Shown here one piece after another: positions 28,134-37,479 of a stretch of 64,000 nucleotides of DNA. The notes beneath the pieces are model-generated. The model had not been told where the DNA came from. It saw only the letters and a list, made by a program, of their open reading frames with translations, and made no database searches. The translations under genes and the position numbers were made by a program. This DNA is from Candidatus Heimdallarchaeota archaeon (GTDB lineage: Archaea > Asgardarchaeota > Heimdallarchaeia > Heimdallarchaeales > Heimdallarchaeaceae), in the NCBI GenBank assembly GCA_019057815.1, contig JAHLWR010000006.1, positions 64,001 to 128,000 on the forward strand, read 5' to 3'. How positions within the stretch are numbered: position 1 is the first letter of the stretch; every line of letters starts with the position of its first letter.

Positions 28134-29033
28134 TTAAAGCTTCAAAGCCTCTTCAGCTATTTTTACTGGTTCATTTTCCAATTTTACATTATCTGTTATC
28201 AGCAAATCTTCTACATAATAAACTGTCCCATGAATTTTAGTATTGGGACCTAATTTTACAATCTTACCTTTGACATCTCTTTCTACGTATATATCATCAA
28301 TTTCTACTTCGTTTTGAGCGAAAATATTACCCTCAACAGTTGAAAGTTCTCTTCGTCTAAAAAGTCTTATCTCAAATGCAAATCTCTTTGATTTAAAATA
28401 GACATTTTCACCCACAACATCACCACTAATTGTAGCTCTTCCTGTTATGTCAATAGTTTTCTGTGAAACTAAGTTACCTTCAATAGTAGATGCACCTGAC
28501 AGAGTGACGCCATTTATTGCTTGAACGTTGTCTTCACACTTGAATGAGCCAGATGCTTTCAGGTGACCTTGAGCTATTATCTCACCAACAACTTTTGCTT
28601 CTCCGCTAAAGATTGCATCCTCATCTGTATGAAGAAAGTCTTCACACTTGAATGAGCCAGATGCTTTTACTATTCCATGAGCAGTAATGCTTCCCGTACT
28701 TTTTACAGCTCCTGCGCATTTGATAGACTTACATTCAATATCACCATCAATTTTTCCAGCTCCGGCTATGCGAATATCTCTCATCATCTTACCCCCCGGT
28801 ATTTTTGCAGATCCAGAAACCGATAAAGAATCCGGTGTGAGTGTTTGGGAGCCAGCCACTTTGATCTGTGGAGCTCTTTCCAATTCTTCAAAATTAGTTT
28901 GTGCGTCTTCCAATTTCTTCTCATATCTCTTTTTTAGCTCATTAAAACTATTATCGTCAATTTCCCCTTCTTTATGTCTCTTTTCGAGGAGTTCTAGTAA
29001 TTCTTTATGCATTTCGATATCGTTTTCACTCAT
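28134..29033 (-). CDS. Bactofilin-like polymer-forming beta-helix protein with N-terminal SHOCT-like hairpin
   Basis: Repeated beta-helix units (VSGSAKIPG, IAGAGKIDGDIEC, ASGSFKCED, VKLGPNTKIHGTVYY); N-terminal LEKRHKEGEIDDNSFNELKKRY. Confidence 0.8.
   Translation of the reverse strand: MSENDIEMHKELLELLEKRHKEGEIDDNSFNELKKRYEKKLEDAQTNFEELERAPQIKVAGSQTLTPDSLSVSGSAKIPGGKMMRDIRIAGAGKIDGDIECKSIKCAGAVKSTGSITAHGIVKASGSFKCEDFLHTDEDAIFSGEAKVVGEIIAQGHLKASGSFKCEDNVQAINGVTLSGASTIEGNLVSQKTIDITGRATISGDVVGENVYFKSKRFAFEIRLFRRRELSTVEGNIFAQNEVEIDDIYVERDVKGKIVKLGPNTKIHGTVYYVEDLLITDNVKLENEPVKIAEEALKL
28530..28667. repeat. Perfect 30-bp direct repeat inside the bactofilin gene
   Basis: GTCTTCACACTTGAATGAGCCAGATGCTTT at 28530-28559 and 28638-28667 (108-bp period; KASGSFKCED twice). 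Confidence 0.92.
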
Positions 29034-29155
29034 TTTTATCGCCTCAAGTCTTTTTTATCACCACTTTATATAATATTTTGTTTAATCATTTAACTACACC
29101 CCTAAAATGCTGGGTTGTAAGCTTTAGCTATTCGGTTAATACCAAAAAAATATAA

Positions 29156-29614
29156 ATGATAAAGCTAAAAAAATTAACAATGGTTAGTGAAACTACTTAT
29201 CCTCCCATTGTCGATTTATTATTTTCAATTTTTAGGGATACAACACGTAGAAGAGTTCTTTACCTATTGAATAACATGAAGTTAACAGCTGACGAAATTA
29301 CAAAAGAATTGGGGATTTCAAGACCAGCTGTTGAAAAACATCTAAAACAAATGCTTGATGTAGGTTTAATTGAGAGAAGAGCAGAAACCTTTCCAACCTT
29401 AAAATACCTTTACTCTCTTCCTGCTCACGGAATTGAAATAGTGTCAAACTTAGAAGATGCAATAGATCAATATATTACATCGCTTAAAGAAGAGTATAGT
29501 CGTCGCCTTGAAAATGAAGAACAATTATTCTTACTTGGTCACTCTTCTAAAGATAAGTATGAAGCTATTAAAGTATCATATAATCACATTTTAGAAAAAT
29601 TACAATCAGAATAA
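29156..29614 (+). CDS. ArsR/SmtB-like winged-helix regulator with C-terminal helical hairpin
   Basis: FRDTTRRRVLYLL...LTADEITKELGISRPAVEKHLKQMLDVGLI; alternative start at ATG 29180. Confidence 0.85.
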   Translation: MIKLKKLTMVSETTYPPIVDLLFSIFRDTTRRRVLYLLNNMKLTADEITKELGISRPAVEKHLKQMLDVGLIERRAETFPTLKYLYSLPAHGIEIVSNLEDAIDQYITSLKEEYSRRLENEEQLFLLGHSSKDKYEAIKVSYNHILEKLQSE

Positions 29615-29645
29615 ATGAAACGATAGCTCAAAAAGGAGGATTATC

Positions 29646-30137
29646 ATGCTTGTTAAATCAAGGAATGTTTTATCTAATAAAGAGAACAAACAACTAGTTG
29701 TTGATTTATTGAATGTGCTTGGAGAACAAGCTCAAACATTTTTTAATAAAAAAGATAAACTTGAAAAAATCAAAACTGATAAAGGTACTTTTGTGGTTAA
29801 AGAAAAAAAAATTTGGTTGTTTCAATGGAAAAACCAATTCTTTCCCTCAATTCATTGTTTACGGGAATCTAAATTATTAGTGCACAAAGTTGTTGTCGAT
29901 GTAGGTGCCATTAAATTTGTTTTAAATGGTGCTGATATAATGTTTCCAGGTATAGTTTATTTTGATGATGTAATTGAGAAAGGAGATTTTGTGGTTGTTC
30001 GTGAAGAGAAAGCAGATACAATAATCGCTGTAGGAATCTCCCTAATATCTCACAAGGATTTCAGCAAAACAAATAAAGGGAAGGCCGTTAGGGTTATAAA
30101 TCACTTAAGGGATGAAATTTGGAATTTCAGGTTGTAA
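29646..30137 (+). CDS. PUA-domain RNA-binding protein (DUF1947 + PUA; MCT-1/Tma20-like)
   Basis: FFPSI...VVVDVGAIKFVLNGADIMFPGI...GKAV...HLRDEIW. Confidence 0.88.
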   Translation: MLVKSRNVLSNKENKQLVVDLLNVLGEQAQTFFNKKDKLEKIKTDKGTFVVKEKKIWLFQWKNQFFPSIHCLRESKLLVHKVVVDVGAIKFVLNGADIMFPGIVYFDDVIEKGDFVVVREEKADTIIAVGISLISHKDFSKTNKGKAVRVINHLRDEIWNFRL

Positions 30138-30141
30138 TTAC

Positions 30142-32052
30142 CTATCTTAGTCTTATTGTTGAACCATTTTTTGGTGCTAAACTCTCTCTTTTTGCAGCTC
30201 TGTAAACATATGAAGCAAATTTTGTCGTTTTTGATTCCTCACCGTGAAGGATGATGAATCTTTCTGGTTTTGGTGAAACCTTGGCGATGTAGTTCTCTAA
30301 TTCTCTTCTATCACAATGACCTGTAAATCCAGTTATACTATGAATTTTAGCCTGGATGCTGTACATTACAGTTTTTCTATCCTCGATTAGCTGGATTTCA
30401 GTTATTCCTTTCTGTATTCTTCTTCCAAGCGTTCCCTTACCTTGGTAACTCACGAAAATAAGTGCGTTTTTCGGATCCTCACATAGTTTCTTGAAATAGA
30501 AAATACTTGGTCCACCAGATAACATACCACTTGTTGCTAAAATAATAGCTGGATCACCATTTACTATGAGCTCTCTTTCTTCGCTAGACGAAACATGTTT
30601 CATCTGTTCAGCCAAAAATGGATTTTGACCAACATGGAATATTCTTTCACGTAAGGATTTTGAAAGGAACTCTGGGTTACATATTGTTATCGCCGAAGCT
30701 TCACGAACCATGCCATCTGTATATACTGGAACTTGAGGAATATCTCCATTTCTCATCAATTCTTCTATAACAACAATAATCTCTTGTGCTCTTCCAACAG
30801 CTAGCACAGGTATGAGAACTTTTCCTCCACCACTAATAATTTCCTTTATTATGTTCTTCAACTGTTTCTCAGATTCAGACCTAGATGGGAGCACATCTTG
30901 TGGTTTTCCATAGGTAGATTCAATAAATAATGTTTCTAATCGTGGGAATCTAACTGTTGCGGCGTCTAAAAGATTTGATTTTGAAAATTTTATGTCATGG
31001 GCGAAAGCCATGTTATATACTCCTTCACCAATGTGGATGTGAGGAATGGCACTTCCTACTATATGACCAGCATTGTGGAACGTTAATCTTGCATCGGGTG
31101 ATATGTCTGTGACTTCTCCATAATCCAAAACCACAGTATGAAGAACCGCTTCTCTGATATCTCTTTGCATATAAGGGAGAGTTTTTCCTTCTTTTGTTGC
31201 AACATCCAGATAATCGATATGTAACATAGTCATCAAGTCCCTTGTGGGTCTAGTCACATAAACCGGACCTTGGTAACCATATTTAAACAAATAAGGAATA
31301 AACCCTGAATGGTCTAAGTGCGCATGGGATACAACAACTGCCTCCAATAGATCTACATCAAATTCTGGCAAATCAAAACGTGGAAACATATTGTTGGGTG
31401 TGTTGCTGCCTACATTTATTCCACAATCGATTAGTATGTGGCTTTCTCCTGTTTGAATAAGTGAACAACTCCTTCCTACTTCGGAATATCCTCCCAAAGC
31501 TGTTACACGGATGGTATCATCTCGATAAATTGGTGGTCGGTGAATTCGTTTTCCGATATTTCTCAATATTTCTAATCTCTTTTTAGAGTGCTCTTGGAAT
31601 AGATATCTAATTGTTTTGATAACTCTCGATTCAATTGGAGGTGTCCTCATGACTCTTGGGCGCCAAAATGTTTTTGCTATGATTGTTCTTAACATTTCAC
31701 CAGATTTTCCAATTATTACTCCAGGTTTTAATGCCTCGATAATCACTTCTCCAACTATATTGTCAAAATCAATAGAGGTTATGTTTCCTGCTTCTCCAAC
31801 TAACTCATTTATAAGATAAATAGTCTCGTCTTTAGGTAACCTTACACTTGGATCAGAGCGGATAACAATTCTTTTTCTAAGTTGTTTTGCAAGCTCTTTC
31901 ACAATGGTTTCATCATTTACTAACACTCTAGGATTTTTTGAATAAATAGCTACTTCAGGACCTTCAAATTCAATTTGTGTTATCTCTGAATTGTCAGGAA
32001 GTTGTTCATGTATTTGTCGTGTAACTTTATTTAAAACTTCATTAAAACTCAA
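30142..32052 (-). CDS. Beta-CASP ribonuclease aCPSF1 (FttA, transcription termination factor)
   Basis: N-terminal KH domains (EFEGPEVAIYS, KPGVIIGKSG), SHAHLDH, ESTYG, AVGRAQE, TSGMLSGGPS, FTGHCD, HGE. Confidence 0.96.
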   Translation of the reverse strand: MSFNEVLNKVTRQIHEQLPDNSEITQIEFEGPEVAIYSKNPRVLVNDETIVKELAKQLRKRIVIRSDPSVRLPKDETIYLINELVGEAGNITSIDFDNIVGEVIIEALKPGVIIGKSGEMLRTIIAKTFWRPRVMRTPPIESRVIKTIRYLFQEHSKKRLEILRNIGKRIHRPPIYRDDTIRVTALGGYSEVGRSCSLIQTGESHILIDCGINVGSNTPNNMFPRFDLPEFDVDLLEAVVVSHAHLDHSGFIPYLFKYGYQGPVYVTRPTRDLMTMLHIDYLDVATKEGKTLPYMQRDIREAVLHTVVLDYGEVTDISPDARLTFHNAGHIVGSAIPHIHIGEGVYNMAFAHDIKFSKSNLLDAATVRFPRLETLFIESTYGKPQDVLPSRSESEKQLKNIIKEIISGGGKVLIPVLAVGRAQEIIVVIEELMRNGDIPQVPVYTDGMVREASAITICNPEFLSKSLRERIFHVGQNPFLAEQMKHVSSSEERELIVNGDPAIILATSGMLSGGPSIFYFKKLCEDPKNALIFVSYQGKGTLGRRIQKGITEIQLIEDRKTVMYSIQAKIHSITGFTGHCDRRELENYIAKVSPKPERFIILHGEESKTTKFASYVYRAAKRESLAPKNGSTIRLR

Positions 32053-32229
32053 TATGCCCCACCTTTAACACTCAACAATGTACAAACTATATAGAAACAA
32101 TAGCTCTCCTTTTACATTTAATGGTAATAGGCAAATAGAGATGAAAAAACGTATTATTTATATCTTTTGTTTTAAACCACGAGCCGGTTTCTTTATACAA
32201 AGAAAACTATTAATCTTTAGAAAAAGGAT

Positions 32230-32778
32230 CTAACCAGCTTTTCTTAGGTAATAACCTCTATCAAATGGTTTTTGTTCATAACCTTTAATAAAAACAGTAT
32301 TAGGTTCTACTTCTATTAGATTCCGAGAACTAATCTGTGCCTTACCTACACCATAATGTAGTCCATCTTTACCAATTACTATAACTGTGTCATTTTTATT
32401 AAATTCTCCAAAAGCCTTCTTAACATTACTTGTAAAAATAGGTTTTCCATAAAGGAATTGGTCGGTTTTTATTTGAACAATTTTGGAAGTGAAGTCTTTC
32501 ATCAAACTAGATCCTTCTACTTCAAGTTGAAATTTATTTTCCCAAATACTACCTAAAGGAATGCCAGCTGAGAACACTTTCACTCTAAGAGCTGATAATA
32601 TTTGGTTGACTTTTTTGTTAACTACAAATACCTCTTTTGTTTTTCCTTCCTTAATCCACAAAAACCATTTTTCCAATTCTTTTAATGATGCTTTTCCGAA
32701 ATATTTTTCGAAAAACGAGTAGATTATTTCCTTTTCTTTCTCATCACTTCGTTGAAAAACAACTTCGTTTTGCATCAT
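32230..32778 (-). CDS. Nip7-like ribosome biogenesis protein (PUA domain)
   Basis: KEVFVV, SAGIPLG, FLYGKPIF, DRGYYLR; overlaps the Nop2 gene. Confidence 0.8.
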   Translation of the reverse strand: MMQNEVVFQRSDEKEKEIIYSFFEKYFGKASLKELEKWFLWIKEGKTKEVFVVNKKVNQILSALRVKVFSAGIPLGSIWENKFQLEVEGSSLMKDFTSKIVQIKTDQFLYGKPIFTSNVKKAFGEFNKNDTVIVIGKDGLHYGVGKAQISSRNLIEVEPNTVFIKGYEQKPFDRGYYLRKAG

Positions 32779-33740
32779 ATTTTCACCATTTTTACTATAA
32801 AAAAGCCTTCTCCATTTGTTTTATGTGGGTAGAGGCGTTTAGCTTTGCTCAATTCAGGATTTATTTGGTAATCTTTGAACTTTGTCAATCCTGTATCTCC
32901 ACAAATTTCTATTGTTTTAAGCTCTAAATCTGCTATCTCAAGTACCTTAGAAATAACAATTTCATTTTCTTCAATTTCAAGAGAACAAGTACAATAAACT
33001 AGTTCTCCTCCTGATTTCAAAACTTCTAGAGCTTTACTTAGGATTTCTATCTGGTATCGATTGAAATTTGTGAGATCGGTTAGAGTCTTTGATGATTTTC
33101 TTGTGTGATCTGTAATAATGATACCTGAACCCGAACAAGGAACATCTAGTAAAATTTTATCAAATTTAAGATTAAGTTCTTTAACACCTCGTGCATCCAT
33201 ATTTAAAACAATTGTATTTGCAACTCCCATTCTTGATAGATTCGCTTTTAAGGATCTGCAACGTTTTGAACTTATTTCAATTGCAACAATAGTGCCTTCA
33301 TTTTTCATTATCTGAGCTAAATGAGATGTCTTTCCTCCTGGTGCAGCTGTAAAATCGCCCACTAATTCGTTTGATTTAGGATTAAGTAACATCGCAGGGT
33401 ATAGAGAATTTTTTCCTTGTAGCATATAATATCCATTAAGATACTCAGGAGTGGCTCCTAGAGGAAAAGGTGATTCTAATACTTCTCGTCCCTCTGGTAA
33501 GTGTTCATCGATTTTTTTTAATTTAATGCCCTTTTCGTGTAATTTTCGTAAAATTTTGCTAAATGGTGCTCTTAAACTGTTTAACCTTATTGTTTTAGGA
33601 AGTTTTTTTTCATTAAAAAGAAGTAATCTCTTTGTACTTTCAGTACCCAACATTTCAACATAGCGTTCAATCATATACGGGAGATAACCATATTTGTCAC
33701 CTAAATCATATACGTCTGCATGGTTATCGTTTGGTGTCAT
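32775..33740 (-). CDS. NOL1/NOP2/Sun-family RNA cytosine-C5 methyltransferase
   Basis: IRLNSLR, TPEYLNGYYMLQ, AAPGGKT, ILLDVPCSGSG, YCTCSL, ENE, GFFI. Confidence 0.93.
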   Translation of the reverse strand: MTPNDNHADVYDLGDKYGYLPYMIERYVEMLGTESTKRLLLFNEKKLPKTIRLNSLRAPFSKILRKLHEKGIKLKKIDEHLPEGREVLESPFPLGATPEYLNGYYMLQGKNSLYPAMLLNPKSNELVGDFTAAPGGKTSHLAQIMKNEGTIVAIEISSKRCRSLKANLSRMGVANTIVLNMDARGVKELNLKFDKILLDVPCSGSGIIITDHTRKSSKTLTDLTNFNRYQIEILSKALEVLKSGGELVYCTCSLEIEENEIVISKVLEIADLELKTIEICGDTGLTKFKDYQINPELSKAKRLYPHKTNGEGFFIVKMVKI

Positions 33741-33825
33741 TACATTTTCATTCGCTTTAAGATGTTTAACTTTTTCCTCTCATAGTTAAAGTATAAAAAC
33801 TACCTATGTATTTTACATTACAGAG

Positions 33826-34902
33826 ATGAATAGCGTTAATAATGAATTCAAACACATTGTGATGCCACAAATGCTATCTTTGGGAGCTAATATGTTGCAA
33901 AGTTTGCCAGAGATTATTGATCGTTTATCACTTGGTAACAATATTCTATTAATAACAGATGATTACCTTAGAACAAGACTTGCAAAAGATGTAGAAAGTA
34001 TTTTAGAAGATAGTGCGAAAAATGTTACTGTTAGTATTATTAAAGACAGTACTCTTGAAGAAGTAGATTCTCAATCAGAAATATTGCAAGAAGCTAAAAC
34101 AGAATTTGTCTTGGGTTTGGGTGGAGGAAGACCTATTGACATTGCAAAATTAATTTCTTTTAAAGCGAATCAAAGGTTTATATCTGTTCCAACAATTTGT
34201 TCTCATGATGGTATTGCAAGCTCGAGAGCATCAATAACTGGAAGTGGAAAAAAACACTCTATTCAAGCGCTTCCACCTATTGCTGTAGTTGCCGATACTA
34301 AAATATTGGATCAATCACCTTATCGTTTTTCAGCAGCTGGATGTGGTGATATTCTCTCAAAAAAAACTGCTATAAAAGATTGGCTTTTAGCTCATCGTTT
34401 AAAAAATGAACCAATAAGTGAGTACTCAATAGCACTTTCTCAGATGACTGTTACTTTAATCACTGAAAATGCTGATGTTATAAGAAGTCAAGTAGAAGGA
34501 TACACTAGAATTGTAATTAAAGCTCTCCTTAGTAGTTCTTTAGCAATGTGCGTTGCTGGTTCTTCAAGACCAGGGAGCGGGTCAGAACATATGTTCAGTC
34601 ATGTATTAGACGCCATAGCTGTAAAGCCTGCTCTTCATGGAGAACAATGTGCTCTTGGTACTCTAATAATGGCTTATTTACATGATTTGGACTGGAAAAA
34701 TATTAGATTAATTATGCAAAAGATTGGACTCCCCATTAAAGCAAAGGATTTGGGTCTATCTGAAGAAGAAGTGATTGAAGCTCTTAAAACTGCTCATTCT
34801 ATAAGACCTGAACGCTTTACAATTCTTGGCAAGGAAGGGTTAACTCATAAAGCAGCTATTCGTGCAGTCGAAACAACTGGAATAATAGAAGATATATCGT
34901 AA
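33826..34902 (+). CDS. egsA: sn-Glycerol-1-phosphate dehydrogenase
   Basis: GLGGGRPIDIAK, PTICSHDGIAS, SSRPGSGSEH, HGEQCALG, RPERFTIL. Confidence 0.95.
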   Translation: MNSVNNEFKHIVMPQMLSLGANMLQSLPEIIDRLSLGNNILLITDDYLRTRLAKDVESILEDSAKNVTVSIIKDSTLEEVDSQSEILQEAKTEFVLGLGGGRPIDIAKLISFKANQRFISVPTICSHDGIASSRASITGSGKKHSIQALPPIAVVADTKILDQSPYRFSAAGCGDILSKKTAIKDWLLAHRLKNEPISEYSIALSQMTVTLITENADVIRSQVEGYTRIVIKALLSSSLAMCVAGSSRPGSGSEHMFSHVLDAIAVKPALHGEQCALGTLIMAYLHDLDWKNIRLIMQKIGLPIKAKDLGLSEEEVIEALKTAHSIRPERFTILGKEGLTHKAAIRAVETTGIIEDIS

Positions 34903-34943
34903 GGGACAATATTAAAAAAGTCAAGTCTTAAAAATGTCTCAGA

Positions 34944-35381
34944 ATGGTTATTACGCTCGTAGAAAAAAACATAGCAAAAATTGGATATATATTTACACAT
35001 GTTGGAGAAACACAAACCTGTGAATTTTGCCTATTGAGGCATGTTTGTATCGATTCGCTTGAAAAAAACAAATCTTATACAATAAAATCCATTATGGGGA
35101 AAGAACATACTTACTTAATTGATGATAGTAAAATGATAGTGTGTAATGTTGAAGAAGCTAATTATAAGATAACCATTCAAAACACAAAATTTTTGGACAA
35201 TATTGTTATAAAAAGAGCATCCATTAATTGTAAAGAAGTTATTTGTGAATATTACGAAAACTGTTTGCATCCAAATTTTGAGGAACAAGCCAAGATAAAA
35301 ATAATAAGGAAGATTAAAAAAATCAAGTGCCCACTTGATTTAAATCTGATTCTTATTGAAGCCAGAAAAATAGACGAATAG
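34944..35381 (+). CDS. UPF0179 family protein
   Basis: ITLV...AKIGYIF...CEFCLLRHVC...C...CP; next to egsA as in other archaea. Confidence 0.8.
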   Translation: MVITLVEKNIAKIGYIFTHVGETQTCEFCLLRHVCIDSLEKNKSYTIKSIMGKEHTYLIDDSKMIVCNVEEANYKITIQNTKFLDNIVIKRASINCKEVICEYYENCLHPNFEEQAKIKIIRKIKKIKCPLDLNLILIEARKIDE

Positions 35382-35382
35382 T

Positions 35383-36081
35383 TCATTCTATTTCAAAGCT
35401 TTCAATGAAAGTAACATGGGTATATTTTTTACTAATTTCACCAAGATCACGAGCTACTCCTGCTCGTGTGAATTGAATGAATTCCATGAAGCGAGTAAAT
35501 TTTGGGAGTTCAACTATGAGTTTTTTATCCTTAATTTTAATGATGGCTTCGGAGAAATCTACACCTGGAAGTCTTTTTTCTAATAGGCAGATAAATTGCT
35601 CCTTGATATCATCTATCTTCTTTACAACTTCTACTTCATATATTAAATCGATGCCTGCTAAATCGTGATTAAAATCAACCTTCACTCTACTACTAGATAC
35701 CTTCTGAATTGTACCTCTTTCACCGTTAAGTTCAACTTTAAGCCCTTCTTTTGGTTTAATTGACAATCTTTGGAATTCTCTTCTTTGTATTAGCCTGATT
35801 TTTGATCTATCACGCAATCCAAAACCCTTTTTCGCTTCCAGACTTATAGTTTTTTTCTCTCCTTCTTTCATGCCTATTAATTGTTCTTCCAATCCCACAG
35901 GCAACCAGTTTTTTCCTAAGATGACTGTAAACGGTCTGTAAATGACTTTTTCATCATAAATGTTTTCGCGTTTTGCAATATCCTCGGAAGTAGTGTCAAA
36001 TACCTGATTCTCTTGTTTTTTTCTGCCTGTATAATTGATTTTTACCATATTACCTGCTGTAAGTGTAGTCATTAAATTCAC
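35383..36081 (-). CDS. Long-type archaeal FKBP peptidyl-prolyl isomerase (SlyD-like)
   Basis: VKINYTG, VFDTT, GLEEQLIGM, VKVDFNHDLAG. Confidence 0.9.
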   Translation of the reverse strand: MNLMTTLTAGNMVKINYTGRKKQENQVFDTTSEDIAKRENIYDEKVIYRPFTVILGKNWLPVGLEEQLIGMKEGEKKTISLEAKKGFGLRDRSKIRLIQRREFQRLSIKPKEGLKVELNGERGTIQKVSSSRVKVDFNHDLAGIDLIYEVEVVKKIDDIKEQFICLLEKRLPGVDFSEAIIKIKDKKLIVELPKFTRFMEFIQFTRAGVARDLGEISKKYTHVTFIESFEIE

Positions 36082-36129
36082 TAGTGTATAATCTTCGTTA
36101 ATTATAGTTTGTGCGAATGTATATTTAAA

Positions 36130-36816
36130 TTATGTTTTTTGTAATCTATTAATATTCTTTATTTGTTGGAAAATTCTTTCGTAATCAGAATCGATGCATT
36201 CGGAATCTAGCCCACTGATAAATGACTTTAGAATTACACACTTCCTATGAGCAAGATTTTTTGTAATACGAAAATGCATATGCGAAGGAAGTTTAAACAA
36301 TTTCTCATAAAAATGTTCTTTTGCCTTCTTCAAATCACGTTTGTGTTCAATGCTATAGCTTATTGTACGATACAAACCTATTGATCCTAATGCATCGAGA
36401 GCATCTGCATCTTGGAGAATCTTTGCTTCCTTTGTTTTCGGTTCAATCTCTTTACTATAACGATGAGATAGAATAGCTTCACTAACTTCTTTTATTAACG
36501 GCTCTAAACCCCTTTTCTTTAAGAATTCAGAAACAATCGCTGCGCTAACTTCTGCATGGCATTTTCCAGTTTTTTTCTCAACAATTCTCCCCACATCATG
36601 AAATAAAGCTGCAAGGATTACTACATCTATAGCTCCTCCCAGTTTCTTAGTTAATTTAATACACGTGTTTGTAACTCGAATTGTATGCTCAAGTGAATGT
36701 GAATCACTACTTTCGTCTTCTGCAAATTTATCTACAACGTAGTTATATGCCTCCAGTATTATGCTGGTAAATTGATTGTGATCTGAAAAATATTTTATTC
36801 TGTGTCTTTTTAACAT
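36130..36816 (-). CDS. HD-domain phosphohydrolase
   Basis: HSLEHTIRV, LFHDVG, ILSHRYS, LQDADALDALG. Confidence 0.9.
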   Translation of the reverse strand: MLKRHRIKYFSDHNQFTSIILEAYNYVVDKFAEDESSDSHSLEHTIRVTNTCIKLTKKLGGAIDVVILAALFHDVGRIVEKKTGKCHAEVSAAIVSEFLKKRGLEPLIKEVSEAILSHRYSKEIEPKTKEAKILQDADALDALGSIGLYRTISYSIEHKRDLKKAKEHFYEKLFKLPSHMHFRITKNLAHRKCVILKSFISGLDSECIDSDYERIFQQIKNINRLQKT

Positions 36817-36819
36817 TAT

Positions 36820-37467
36820 TTACATCTCTTTAATGTCGTGAATGTTGTAGATTTTTCCTGTAACAGTGTAAAGCTCATCAATAGATATAATCGCATAATT
36901 TCCTATTGTAACCGGTCCTGGGTTGATTAGAACACAATCATTAATTCTTGATATTACTGGTGACTCATGAATGTGTCCCGCAATATGAAGGAAAATGTTA
37001 GTATATTTTTCAAGAACATTTCTTACTACCAACGAACCTCGGTGTTTGTTAAGTGAAACTAAATCTGTTTCTGTTCCATATGGAGGAATATGGGTAATTA
37101 AACAAACCTTTTCCTTCCTTCTATGTAATTTTTTTAAAGAAGCTTTTTTTATTTTGGGTTTATGTGTTCCAAAACCCAAGACTGTAAAGAAATCTAGTTT
37201 ATAGAAGTGAGACTCTAATAGAGTTGCCGGTGATGAAAACGTTTTATCTACTTTTGGGTCACAATTCCCTAGCACGAAGTAAGTTTTTGCGATGTACTTT
37301 GTTATTAAATTAAGAACATTTTCAAGATCATTAATCGTTCCAAAATTTGTTATATCTCCTGCGATAAAACAGAAATCAATACCTTTCTTCTGGTTTCTTT
37401 CCAAAATAGACTTTAAGGCAATCACCTGTCCATGTATGTCTGAAAGAATTAAAACCGTTTTTTGCAA
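36820..37467 (-). CDS. Metallophosphoesterase (calcineurin-like)
   Basis: SDIHG, AGDIT, GNCD, THIPP, GHIHE, INPG. Confidence 0.9.
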   Translation of the reverse strand: MQKTVLILSDIHGQVIALKSILERNQKKGIDFCFIAGDITNFGTINDLENVLNLITKYIAKTYFVLGNCDPKVDKTFSSPATLLESHFYKLDFFTVLGFGTHKPKIKKASLKKLHRRKEKVCLITHIPPYGTETDLVSLNKHRGSLVVRNVLEKYTNIFLHIAGHIHESPVISRINDCVLINPGPVTIGNYAIISIDELYTVTGKIYNIHDIKEM

Positions 37468-37479
37468 TAAATCACCTTA

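Noticed and set aside
28007-28240. 77-aa plus-strand ORF in the large intergenic region
   Set aside because: TTG start, overlaps the bactofilin 3' end, and has no motif support.
19474-28667. Short repeats (19474-19521, 27779-27887, 28530-28667) as a possible CRISPR array
   Set aside because: They are coding repeats or palindromes with no repeat-spacer periodicity, and there are no cas genes.
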